Part shown: positions 50,159-62,554 of the stretch, piece after piece
Numbering within the stretch: position 1 is the stretch's first letter
Layout: each line of letters opens with the position of its first letter
Program-made: the position numbers and the translations under genes
The notes under the pieces: generated by a model
What the model saw: the letters and a program-made list of their open reading frames with translations, nothing else
The model's database searches: none
Told to the model about the DNA's origin: nothing
Source: Squalus acanthias
Lineage: Eukaryota
Assembly (NCBI GenBank): GCA_030390025.1
Contig: CM059432.1
Location: 140,618,001 to 140,682,000 of the forward strand
DNA: 64,000 nt
Direction of reading: 5' to 3'

Positions 50159-50917
50159 GAAATGCTTAGTGTTAAGGGTGTATCTTTACAATTAAAGACA
50201 ACCTTCATATTATTCAATCTATGGCATCATTGTATCTTCAGTAATTCACTGCGGGCTTTATGAGGTTTTGGTGAGCTTCATTTGATGGGACTATCAGACG
50301 AACGTGTCTTGAATGGATGTATTGTGTTGTTAGTGCACATTTTCATTGAGATTCATTTGAACCCCACATCAAAAGGGGCTGTGGTATAAATGGGACTCCT
50401 CTCAGCAACTCTAGTTCATATGCGTTTCTTAAGGGCCTTTGAGACTTGAGTTCTATGGTTTACATTTTCCAATTGATACTCCCTACCTGAGGGGATATAG
50501 TTTGAGACAACCTTCTGTTACAAAGGGATATGAAAAGTCTGAACTTTTATCATTCATCACAGTTGAGGTACTGAGGACTTATGTTTTCATTCCAAGAGAC
50601 TGTTCTAACTGCTGCACAAGAGCTGAGGAACTGTGTCTTATAAATGATAGTTGTTTTGCACTCTTGCTATTATTATAATCCTCTGTATTTTACAACTCGA
50701 ATTGATTTTTCTGGGAAACAGTTTGGGGAAGTTTCAGGGCCAATGCGTGTCTTGTGGAAAAAACAAGAATCGCCTGAGAAAACAGGATAGAGGTTTAATT
50801 CACTGTCCTGGGCTGTCAAATCTCTGACCGGTGTAATTTTTGCACCTATAGAAAGTTAAGGTGAGATCCCAGTGATAGACCGTTGCTTCCTGCAGTCGCA
50901 GAGCTGCATAGCTTGAT

Positions 50918-51295
50918 TGTAAAATTCTCATCCTTGTTCTTAAATCCCTCCGTGGCCTCGCCCCCCTCCCTATCTCTGTAACCTCCTCCAGCCCCACAAC
51001 CCTCCGAGATCTCTGCGCTCCTCCAATTCTGGCCACTTGAGCATCCCCGATTTTAATCTCTCCACCATTGGTGGCCGTGCCTTCAGCTGCCTGGGCCCCG
51101 AGCTCTGGAATTCCCTCCCTAAACATCTCCGCCTCTCTACCTCTTTGACCAAGCTTTTGGTCACCTGCCCTAATATCTCCTTATGTGGCTCGGTGTCAAA
51201 TTTTGTTTGATAACGCTCTTGTGAAGCGCCTTGGAACATTTTATTACGTTAAAGGTGCTAGATAAATACAAGTTGTTGTTGCTGTTGTTGTTGCG
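50918..51295 (+). mobile_element. L2 3' fragment
   Basis: L2 end with (ttg)n tail. Confidence 0.87.
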
Positions 51296-52149
51296 AGTGG
51301 GGGGAATTGTCCATGCTGCAGTTCATGCACCCTGCCAGGTCAGAGGATAAAAACCCCCTGGATTTCAGGTCAACGACACACAGTCAGCTTACACAAGCTG
51401 TCGCCAGGCTGCGGAATGAGAAATAAAACAGCCCAAAAGAACCAGAAGCTGCATCTAATAAGTTAAATGGGGGTTGCAGTGGGGGTGGAGGAAAGAAGCA
51501 GTTTAGCAGAAGCAACATTCTATGAGATGTTGGCGTACAGCTTTGGCTGCAAGTCACTGTTCAATCCATCAGCTTCCACCTCTTCATCAGGATGTTAAAG
51601 ATCCCATGGCACTATTTCAAAGAAGAGCAGTGTCCTGGGACCAATATTTATCCCTCAGCCAACAGCACTAAAACATATTATTTGGTCATTATCACATTAC
51701 TGTTTGTGGGAGCTTGCTGTGCGCAAATTGGCTGCCGCGCTTCCTACATTACAACACTTCGGGGGTGGGCAATCAATCCGCTCTCAGGAGCCGGGTCAGT
51801 CATTGAAACCTTTTAAGGAGGCAGCGAGCCTTCATTTTAACAGTGTTTTTATTTATAACCCATGGTTGGCCAGGTTTCCCGGGCCTTGGGAAACCCGGCA
51901 GGTAAAAGTAGGCAAGAAGGACTGGATCCATCAGGTAAGTGCCTTTACAGCATTGCTTGTGGGCCAGGAGGAGCAGGAGCCCAACAAGTGATCTGTCTGC
52001 TCCCCGCCCCGCGATATCTCCCCCCGACTACCATCTCGCTCCCCCCCGACCACCATCTCGCTGCCCCCCCCCCCGACCACCATCTCCCCGCCTCCCCGCC
52101 CCGTGATATCTCCCCCCGACCACCATCTCGCTTCCCCAAACCACCATCT

Positions 52150-52645
52150 TCTCCTCTAACCATTTACACCTCCTTTTGTTTCTTTACTTGTCTCATTGTC
52201 ACTCTCTTTAACCTTACAACATTATTCCTTTTGTCATTTAATCACTCCTACTCTCCACCCTATCACAGACCTTCCCTTTTGTTCTTTCCTCCCCTCCCCT
52301 CCCCCATTTATGTTGTCTCTGTATTTGCTTAAAAGCTGTTAATCTCTAACATCGAATTGCATTGAATTTACAGCACAGAAACAGGCCATTGGTCTGTGCC
52401 GGTGTTCATGTTCCACACGAGCCTCCTCCCACCCCTCTTCATCTCACCCTATCAACATATCCTTCTATTCCTTTCTTCCCTCATGTACTTATCTAGCTTC
52501 CCCTTAAACGTATCTAATACATCTTCCAGTTCTGATGAAATAAAGGAAAGATCACCGACCTGAAACGTTAACTCTCTTTCTCTCTCCACAGATGCTGAGT
52601 ATTTCCAGCATTTTCTGTTTTTATTTCAGATTTCCAGCATCCGCA
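52150..52645 (+). mobile_element. Penelope-like terminal repeat split by a CR1 tail (~52360-52515); hammerhead variant at 52528-52573
   Basis: agtt-ctgatga-(expanded helix II region)-gaaa-cg-tt-aact followed by ctccacagatgctg…ttccagcatccgca. Confidence 0.7.
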
Positions 52646-52854
52646 GGATTCTGCTTTGTTTTCTTTAACCAGGGAGCTGCTGGTGCCCTTTGAACTATAG
52701 CCTTTAGGAGAGGAGGTGAGATTTTTGTTGGGTAAGGGTATTAAGGGTTACGGAAGCAAGGTGGGTAGATGGAGTTAAGATACGGATAGCCCGTGATCAC
52801 ATTAAATGGCACAGCGGGCTCGAGGGGCTGAATGGCCTCCTCCTGTTCCTATGG

Positions 52855-53262
52855 AAAATTCTCATCCTTGTTTTCAAATCTCGACATGGCCTCGCCCCTC
52901 CCTATCTCTGTAATCCCCTTCAGCCCTACAAGCCTTCGAGATCTCTGCGCTCCTCCAATTCTGGCACTCTTGCACATCCCCGATTTTCTTCGCTCCACCA
53001 TTGGCGGCCATGCCTTCAGCTGCCTGGGCCCTCAGCTCTGGAACTCCCTCCCTAAACCTCTCCGCCTCTCTACTACTCTCTCTCCTCCTTTAAGACGCTC
53101 CTTAAAACCTACCTCATTGACCAAGCTTCTGGTCATCTCTCCTGACATCTCCTTCTGTGGCTCGGTGTCAACAATGTTTTTGTTGATATCGCTCCTGTGA
53201 CGCGCCTTGGGACGTTTTGCTACTTTAAATGCGCTATATAAATGTAAGTTGTTGTTGTTGTC
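52855..53262 (+). mobile_element. L2 3' fragment
   Basis: L2 end with (ttg)n tail. Confidence 0.87.
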
Positions 53263-54174
53263 AGGGGGCGAATTCCAAGACAGGTAGGATCTTTCACGGG
53301 TAAGAAGGGCTAGTGAAATGGTGGGAGAGAAGTTGCAATTGACTTCGAAAGTGACTTATCCTCATCAGAATTCAAAAAAAAGCAACTGATGGTATTTGAC
53401 TGGGAGAAATTCGCAGGGCTGTGGGTAAAGAGCAGGTGAGCAGGACTAATTGGACAAAGAGGCAGGCACAGGCAGGACGGGCCGAATGGCCTCCTTCGGG
53501 GCTGTAAGATTCTATATGACTCTGTGATAGTAATATCCTTGATCCTGTAATTAGGCTGGCTGGGGACTCCCATCAGAGCTTCGAATGAAAACAGAGGCGA
53601 ACAAAGAAATTGTTATTAAGAAATTAGAATATTTATAATGGATTAGTCCCAGATGGCATGTGTTCAAGTATACAAGAGGAAGTCAAAAAGGAAATCGGGG
53701 AGCGCTGGCTAAAATCCTGCAGTTTATTGAAAACAGGGGGACTGTAACAGACTGGAAAGTAACAAATGTGATTCCAATCTTCATGGACAGACATGAAGGC
53801 GGGTCTTTGGCAATTACATATTAGTTAGCTTAACATCGATAGGTGATAACATAATCAGGCCCCTTACTTCATATTTCAATTAATGACCATTTATCCCTTT
53901 TTCAAGTGATAAACATGAATTTTCTGGCATTTTTTTTGGCTGCACAATTCACTAAGTTAATTTAGGAAGGAAAATGTAATTAATGCATATCTCTGTATCA
54001 GGACACCCTGTCACCCATGCTGTGTGTCTTGGCATTAGTACAGCTCACACAGACCATCAGAGTTCACAGGGGCACTAACATGGAGACAAGCAGCAGCGTA
54101 TAACTGCATTGTACGTGGATGTTATTCTGCTCTTTCTTGCAGAATTTGCTATTCTCAAAGCTGTTGAGCAAGTT

Positions 54175-54465
54175 TAAATTTAACAAGTTTGAAGATAATT
54201 GGCAAAAGAACCAGAGGGGGAGATGAGGAGAATTTTTTTAACGCAGCGAGTTGTTACGATCTGGAACGCGCTGCCTGAAAGGGTGGTGGAAGCAGATTCA
54301 ATAGTAACTTCCAAAAGGATAAATACTTGAAGGTGAAAAAACGCAGGGCTATGGGGAAAGAGAAAGGGAGAGTGGGACTAATTGGAGAGCTCTTTCAAAG
54401 AGCCGGCACAGGCACGATGGGCCGAATGACCTCCTTTTGTGCTGTATCATTCTATGATTCTATAT
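54175..54465 (+). mobile_element. CR1 3' fragment
   Basis: gatgaggagaattttttta…ctggaacgcgctgcc; tail ttctatgattctat. Confidence 0.85.
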
Positions 54466-55134
54466 AGTGACACCACTATTCCCGGGCAGAATGGAGATGA
54501 TTGGGTAATTCCCCCGTCAATCACACCTGGAGACCGCACTGCTGTCAGTGACTGGGATTGATTTTACGCACATCATTTGTATTATGTAACTATCCTCCAC
54601 TCACTGCATTCTGCTGGAGAAATAATCCTGCTTTTATCGGGAGGCGTTGCTGTAGTTTCGGTCACAAGTTCGAGACAAAACCACAAGTCACGCCCCCGCC
54701 TCCAACAAATTGGCTGACACAGCGCTGTCAATATTCACTCCGTTATAATTTTATGGGCTTCATCTGTGAATGTGAAAAGGCTTTGGTTTGTTGCCTATAA
54801 GTGATTGTAACTAAATAACCGCCTTCTGTTCTGTACGAGTCTATGTTTAAATTCAAAACATGCACTTTTAAAAATCTAAATTCACATTTTAAAGTTAATT
54901 GAATTTTTCCTCAGTTAAAGAAGTCACAATTCTAATTAAAGCAGAATTTAATTCATCATAAATTGCACAGAAACCCATGAAGGGAGTATTCTTTCTTCTC
55001 GGAGCCATATCTAATTCCCATGCAGTTGGATGTCAACTATCAGAATCCCTGGTACTAGCTTATAACATCAAGAAAGCCCCAAAGCTATCTCAAGCTTTTC
55101 AATAAACAGTGTGTGTAGCTTTATTAAAAAACTT

Positions 55135-55922
55135 GTTCACAAGATGTGGGCATCACGAGCAAGGCCAACATTTATTGCCCATCCCTGGTTGCCCTTGAGA
55201 AGGTTGTGGTGGGCCTTCTTCTTAAACCGCTGCAGTCTGTGTGGTGATGGTGCTTCCATGATGGTGTTAGGTAGGGAGTTCCACGATTGTGGCCCAGAGA
55301 CGATGAAGGAATGGCGATATATGTCCAAGTCAGGATGGTGTATGACATGGAGGTGATGGTTATCCAAAGGTCTTGCTGCTCTTGTCTTTCATAGGGTGAT
55401 GCAGGGGAACTTGGAGGTGGTTTCGGAGTAAGCTTGTCAAGTTGCTGCAGTGCATTATCATCGCACGCTTGTCTGAAAATGTCAAATATTTCTTGTGCGC
55501 GCATCAACATCAAAATCAAAAAAGCAAAAAGAAAGACTTGCATTTATATAACACCTTTCACAACCTCAGGATGTCCCAAAGCAGTTTACATCCATTGAAG
55601 TACTTTTGAAGTGCAGTCACTGTTGTAATGTAGGAAACACGGCAGCCAATTTGCGCACAGCAAGGTCCCACAAACAGCAATTAAATAAGTGGCTTTAGTG
55701 ATGGTGGTTGAGGGATAAATATTGGCCAGGACACCAGGGAGAACTGCCCCTGCTCTTCTTTGAATATTGCCATGGGATCTTTCACATCCACCTGGGAGGG
55801 TAGACGGGGTGGGACTTGAGCCTTAATTTAACACCTCATCCGGGAGAGATGGGTGGGACTCGAGACCCACAACCTTCTGATCCAGAAGCAGGAGTGCTAC
55901 CCACTGAGCCACAGCTGACACT
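55135..55922 (-). mobile_element. LINE 3' end (55135-55460, family of 43950) and DeuSINE (55520-55922)
   Basis: Reverse-complement similarity to 45640-45980 and to the SINE consensus. Confidence 0.85.
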
Positions 55923-57169
55923 AACAGGTCAATGGAACCTCAAACATGAGGAAGGGCCACTAAGACACACTTCTGGCGAGGTCTCATTAGCACCCAGGCC
56001 CAAACCCCAGCATGACTTTGGAACTTCAGGAGAGGAAAAGGGAGAACACGGGGCGGGGGGGCGGGGGGGGGTGGTGAAGAATAAAGATGGTGTAAACATT
56101 TTTATTTTTCCTGCTGTATCCTAAAAAACTAGCATCGCGTGTAGGAAATGGTTTCAGTGGGAGGGTGGAGAGCAGCAATTAGTCTTTGTAGCCCACTGGG
56201 AACAGTGGAGTTAATTTTCTGTACTCCGCATTTTCAATGTCATAAAAAACATACATTTGTTTGAAAAGTATATTTTGAACATGTGGCATAAATTAAAATA
56301 TGTCAGGACCTGCAGCGAGATGTGATAAATATCCCGACTTGTAAGGCCGACCATAATTTACGAGTGACAAAGTCCACCGTAAGTTGCCCAATCAGCCTCA
56401 CTTGTGGAAATATTTATCATATCACACATCTCGCTGCTGTTCATAAGATACCCCCCCTTTTGTCCGTCCAGGTTCATTAAATCCGTGCTGCAACTTCTCC
56501 TCCAAACTGTTAAATTGCAACCATATGACTTGATTGGCCAGATGTTGATTTTGAAGGTCACGGTCCACGAGACAAGTGAAAGTATTTCTAATCAGACAGT
56601 CCTGACATGACCTTTTAAATCTGACTTTTTTTTTTCCAAAAAAAAACTACGGGTTCGTAAAGATAGAGTATGCACATGGGAACAGCCTACAAGCCAGGGG
56701 TAGAAAAGTTTAACGCACTGTATCAAATGCAGGCCTGAATGACAGTTCAAATATCAGTAACAGAGCCCATAGAGCCACTGATGAGGAGAGCCAAGGAAAT
56801 AACCTTGGATTTAAGGAGAAGTGCCATTGGCCATCTCACTTATTGCAGTGAATGGAATCTTTGTGCTGTTTTCCAAAGTCTTTGATATATTGATGTTGTT
56901 GAGGGAGCACTTAACCCATCAGTTATGAAACACCTGGCACCGTTCAATGTTTTGATGTTCACTTAAAATGTAGTCGGGCGCATCAGAATGGCATTTTTGT
57001 CTCAGCGAGCAGTCTCGTACAGTCAGTGATGGCGCAGTGTTGCAGTGTGAAGCGTAACATCAAAGTGTAAATCAGCCATGCTTTATCAGTGCGGAGAAAT
57101 GCTCCACCAGGTTTAGTGCCTGGTTCAAGAATAGAGATGGTAGAAATGGGAGGGATGGAGGGGGATGGG

Positions 57170-57300
57170 GTGAAAGGTCAGCGACCTGAAACGTTAACTC
57201 TGTTTCTCTCTCCACAGATGCTGCCTGACCTGCTGAGCATTTCCAGCATTTTCTGTTTTTATTTCAGATTTCCAGCATCCCCAGTATTTTGCTTTTGTCT
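57170..57300 (+). mobile_element. Penelope-like terminal repeat fragment (hammerhead core 5'-truncated)
   Basis: tgaaaggtcagcgacctgaaacgttaactctg…ttccagcatccccagtattttgc. Confidence 0.7.
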
Positions 57301-58524
57301 TCAAATTACATAATTTGCACGAAATCTTCTCTCTTTGTTTTCCTCTTCTTTTTCCCGTCACATTCTGCTGGCAGATTTCCCCCCTCCCCCCATCCCGCTA
57401 ATATCCAAAAAAGCCTGGGTTGTGAGGTACGCTATTTCTGCTCTAAATAAAATCACTAAAATGGCTTTTCTCGTGACAAAAGATGTTGTCGGAACAATCA
57501 TCGCTGGAAGTCCTTCTGCCATTGTTGTAGCCAAGTTGACCCTAAAGATCAGAGCAATTAGTCTTTTCGCGCTCAATGTGTGCAGTTCAGATAGCTCTCC
57601 TTTGACCTTTCGAAAGGGCAGCAATAAGTGGTGTTATTTGGGTTTAAACAATCTGACAAATGAAAGTCTAGTATTCAGTTTGGCATGTTTCTAATGTAAC
57701 ATAATATTAGGCAAACTGAGTAGGCCAATATTTACAGCCTGTTAAATACAGCAGAGCATATTTCAACAAAAGGGCCTGCATTTTTATGTAGGCTTCTCTG
57801 CCTATCTGAGATGGTAATATACTTTTTAATGTGAAAGTTAGAGTCAAGTGAAGATTTTTAAACAAAAGGAGCCTGTTAATCAAATAACATAGGGAGCCTT
57901 GAGCCTTTCTGGACTTGAGCCTGCAAGCTTCCCTCCCACAGACTGCAAGAGAAATTCACATAATGCTTTGTTGTTCAATCTTACACATTCTGCCAGTCAG
58001 AATCAGTGCAGTGTATCAGCCGTCATTTACGCTATCGGTGAGTTATTGTTACATCACAGGGAGCGTTGCTGAGCCCTTGAGATAGAGTTTTCATTAAACT
58101 ATTTTACTCCACAGACCAGCACAGCAGAAGACGCTCATTCTTTTGACCTTGGACAGCTGTCTCACTTTCACCCCATATGATAAAAAGGAAAACCCATGCA
58201 CGGATTATTTCTTTCCTCCTTTTATCAGTTTTTTTTTAGCAACTCAGGGGCCTTGGCCTTTCACAAAGGCTTCTCGACGCCAAAACATTTCCCCTAGCAA
58301 CCACAATCAGGACAGTCCAAGCAGTCATAACCTTAAAAGCTGATGGTGGAACTGGCAATCTGTTTGCCTGCTCCAAGCAGACATCGCAGGGTGGGTATTC
58401 TGAACCCACATTCCCAACACGGTGCCTCCACTTCTGGGAGCACGTCTCAGGAAATTGGGGGCACATTCTCTGTAATTTTTCTGTTATGATGGAAAATCAC
58501 AGGGAGTAATACTCACAATGGTTG

Positions 58525-58968
58525 AAGAAAAACTTGCATTTCTACGGCGCCTTTCCTGACCTCAGGACGTCCCAAAGCGCTTTACAGCCAATGAAGTACT
58601 TTTGAGGTGCAGTCACTGTTGTAATGTAGGAAATGCAGCAGCTAATTTTGCGCACAGCAAGGTCCCACAAATAGCAATGAGATAAATGATAATCTGTTTT
58701 TAGTGATGTTGGTTGAGGGATAAATATTGGCCCCAGGACACCGGGGAGAACTCCCCTGCTCTTCTTTGAAATAGCACCATGGAATGTTTTATGTGCACCT
58801 GAGAGGGCAGCCTCAATTTAATGTCTCATCCAAACAACAGCACGTCCAATTGTGCAGCACTCCCTCAGTACTACACTGAGGGCATCAGCTTAGATTGTAT
58901 GCTCAAAGTCTCTGGAGTGGGACTTGAACCCACAACCTTCTGACTGAGAGGAGCCACGGCGGACACCG
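58525..58968 (-). mobile_element. Deu-domain tRNA-SINE
   Basis: Tail, Deu core and head on the minus strand. Confidence 0.9.
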
Positions 58969-59879
58969 TGAGAGCTAACTGCACCTTAATGCACCAAAGG
59001 AGAAACAATCCCAGTGGTTATGCGTCCCGACTGCGTTAACAGCCCTCATATTTAGATCGGGTTCAAATTGGGTTGATTTAAATTCATTTAGAAATATCTA
59101 AAATTTGACTGAGTTTGGATGATTGAATGGGCTTCCTCTTTAAATAAAATATCCCATTGAGCACTTGCAGTATTATTCTGCTTTGCTGTTGTCTGGTCTA
59201 CTGATGCATTGCATCATATTGCACATTGAGATAGTGTCATATTGAAGACTAACAGATCGAAAGTCTCAATGGCCCCCTCTATGACCTCCATCTGGAAGAT
59301 AATGATGAGTAAGTGTTCTTATTTATCATTCAAGTGTAACCAATCTCCCTGGTCCTGTAGAGGGAGAAATGGGCGTTTCATCGCCAGTAAAGTTTATGAA
59401 TTCCTTGTGGTTCAGTGGGTGGGGGTGGGGGGAGATGGGGATGGGGGGGAGGTGGTGGAGGTGGTGGGGGTGGGGGGAGGTGGTGGTGGTGGTGGTGGTG
59501 GCGGGGGCTGCTCAGTTCCATCCTCTCATTGTTGGGGCAATAGGAATATTCAATAATAGAAAGCAAGCTAGCTGATCCAACTGAGATCCTATCAGACTCT
59601 GAATTCAGTTCGGCTTCGTATTCAGACCAAATATTATTCAAATTCACTTCTTCACTTCACAATTGTGTCTGCGTTTGACTCTTGAGAGAACACAGCAAAC
59701 ATACACAGCCCACGTACAGGATGGTTTCAGTAAAAGGTCACATCCCACCTACATAGGAATGACTTTGTGCTGATAAAGTTGTCCTTCAGAAGGAATGTGT
59801 TACAATTCTTTTTCGCCACAGGGAAAGATCATCTAATTTTTTTACCCTGATTTTAAACTCTCAAACACTATAATTATGT

Positions 59880-60268
59880 TCTTCAAATTTAAAATTCTCA
59901 TCCTTGAGTTCAAATCCCTCCATGGCCTCGGCCCTCCCTATCTCTGTAACCTCCTCCAGCCCCACAACCCTCTGAGATATCTGTGTTCCTTAACCTCGCC
60001 GCCTCTCTACCTCTCTTTCCTCCTTTTACGATGCTCCTTAAAGCCTGCCTCCCTAAACCTCTCCACCTCTCCACCTCTCTCTCCTCCTCGCTCTCCTCCT
60101 TTAAGATGGACCTTAAAACCTACCTCTTTGACCAAGCTTTTGGTCATCTGCCCTACTATCTCATGATGTGGCTCGGTGTCAAATTATGTTTGATAACGCT
60201 CCTGTGAAGCACCTTGGGATGTTTAACTACGTTAAAGGCGCTATATAAATGCAAGTTGTTGTTGTTAT
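59880..60268 (+). mobile_element. L2 3' fragment
   Basis: FKSLHGLGPPYL; FKMDLKTYLFDQAF; (ttg)n tail. Confidence 0.87.
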
Positions 60269-60748
60269 GCTGCTGTAGATCCGGGAATACTCGTCAGGGC
60301 TTGTGCAGTGCAAGCTCCAATTAGTCGCAACAGATTTAGCAACTGGGCTGTGAAACAGGCTGAGGGAAGCCTGCGGACTTTTTTAGGCATCCATCAGGGC
60401 CACCTAACAAAAATTGCAAACACCCAGCCTATCATTTTCCATCCATTAAAATTACCTGACCAAAAGTAGCAGAATGGGAGAATGCAATTTTGCTTCTGGT
60501 ATGCACAGGAGCAGAACTTATACCTTATGGTCAGCCCTTCTTCACGTAATAAATCTGCAGAAGGCTGGTGGGTAGTGTTCTGGTACAGTCCCCACCATTT
60601 ATAGCGGGTGTGTTGGTGCGAAGGCGATTTGCCCACTACACGCGATGGCTAGTGTGACGGGGTAGCACTGCATAACAAGAATGTTGTTGTCGCTCATCAG
60701 CATCTGCAACGCCCTGAACCGCTACCTGAACGAACCTCCTTACTGTCG

Positions 60749-61550
60749 GACCCTAGACCTGACCCTGCGCACTAGACCTAATCCTGGACCCTCGACCTGA
60801 CCCTGGACCTGACCCTCGACCTGACCCTAGACCTGACCCTCGACCTGACCCTCGACCTGACCCTGGACACTGGACCTGACCCTAGACCTGACCCTGGACA
60901 CTAGACCTGACCCTGGACCCTCGACCTGACCCTGGACCTGACCCTGGGCACTAGACCTAATCCTGGACCCTCGACCTGACCCTGGACCTGACCCCGGGCA
61001 CTAGACCTAATCCTGGACCCTCGACCTGACCCTGGACACTAGACCTGACCCTGGACACTAGACCTGACCCTAGACCTGACCCTGGACACTAGACCTGACC
61101 CTGGACACTAGACCTGACCCTCGACTTGACCCTCGACCTGACCCTGGACACTAAACCTGACCCTGGACACTAGAGCTGACCCTCGACCTGACCCTGGGCA
61201 CTTGACCTGACCCTGGACACTAGACCTGAACTTAGACCTGACCCTGTGCACTAGACCTGACCCTGGACACTAGACCTGACCCTAGACCTGACCCTGGACA
61301 CTAGACCTGACCTTCGATCTGATCCTAGACTTGACCCTTGACCTGACCAAGGACCCTCGACCTGACCCTAGACCTGTCCCTGGACCCTAGACCTGACCCT
61401 AGACCTGACCCTAGACCTGACCAAGGACCCTAGACCTGACCCTAGACCTGACCCTAGACCTGACCCTAGACCTGACCAAGGACCCTAGACCTGACCCGGA
61501 CCTGACCCTAGACCTAACCAAGGACCCTTGACCTAACCCAAGGACCCTGA
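60749..61550. repeat. Complex tandem repeat of 12-nt gacctgaccctN units interspersed with 8-nt gacacta/gaccctc-type spacers
   Basis: Directly visible; purest stretch (gacctgacccta)n near 61390-61510. Confidence 0.97.
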
Positions 61551-62314
61551 TCTCCGCTGCACCAACCTGACCCTGCCCGCGGGCATGAGGAGACTGGAGG
61601 GAGCAGGATCCACCATTCAGAAACAAGCCATTAGCAGGTAGAGAATCTCAGCAAGATCGAGAGAGGAGAGAAAAACACACAAATCTCAACTCCTTCACCG
61701 AACAACCGTCTAAACAACCCAAACACCTCATTGTGGCTCTGAAATTCGACTGCTGGGATTATTGTGCAGGAAGTGTTATTTTTGTTAAATAGAAATAGAT
61801 TTTAAAAATCACGCATCAGTTTTTTATATGTACTTCACTCAAAAAATATCACAGGGATGATTCTGGAAACAGTTGTTTGCGTCTGAAATAAACGGAGCAC
61901 TTAAGACGCTATAACATAGAATTTTACAGCACAGAAACAGGCCATTCGGCCCAACTGGTCCATGCCGGTGTTTATGCTCCACACAACCCTCCTCTCGCCC
62001 CTCTTCATCAAACCCTATCGACAATAACCTTCTATTCCTTTCTCCCCTCATGTACTTATCTAGCTTCCCCTTAAATACATCTATAACCGGCAACTCGGCA
62101 TCTTGCTAACTGCAATCACTTTGTTAGAAGATATACCTCTGGATCAAACTTTCGTAGCTGGGTTGAGTAGAAATCTTTTCCCCTCACACCCAGCAACAAA
62201 GTAGCGTGGAGCAACCCTTTAGAGACCCGCACAAACTCTGCCTCTCCGGGTAGTTTTTTTCTATTCAGACAGCTTCCTCGATTTGCACCAGGCATCGAGC
62301 GGCCTGAGCAACCA

Positions 62315-62496
62315 AGTGTCCACTGTGGCTCAGTTGGTAGCCCTGTCAGCTCTGACTCATAAAGGTTGTGGGTTCAAGAAGCACTCTAGAGGTTTGAGCA
62401 AAAAATCTCGGTTGAGATGCCAGGGCAGTACTGAGGGAGTGCTGCACTGTTGGAGATGCTGCTTTTTGGATGAGATGTTGCTCATCCAAAAGGCAG
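62315..62496 (+). mobile_element. DeuSINE head, inverted duplicate of the SINE at 62555-63932
   Basis: Near-identical to the reverse complement of 63896-63932 plus 63027-63153. Confidence 0.9.
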
Positions 62497-62554
62497 AGGT
62501 TGAGGCTGCTCCCAAAATGGCTCCAAAAGAAGGATCTGTCGATAGGGTGAGATG

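Noticed and set aside
50400..50565. C/D box snoRNA (GTGATGA on the minus strand near 50560)
   Set aside because: No suitably placed D box with a terminal stem.
51862..52332. Proline-rich 156-aa ORF
   Set aside because: Spans a C-rich degenerate repeat in a probable MITE remnant and a Penelope fragment.
61411..61626. RS/VR-rich ORF resembling an SR protein
   Set aside because: Translation of the 12-nt tandem repeat.
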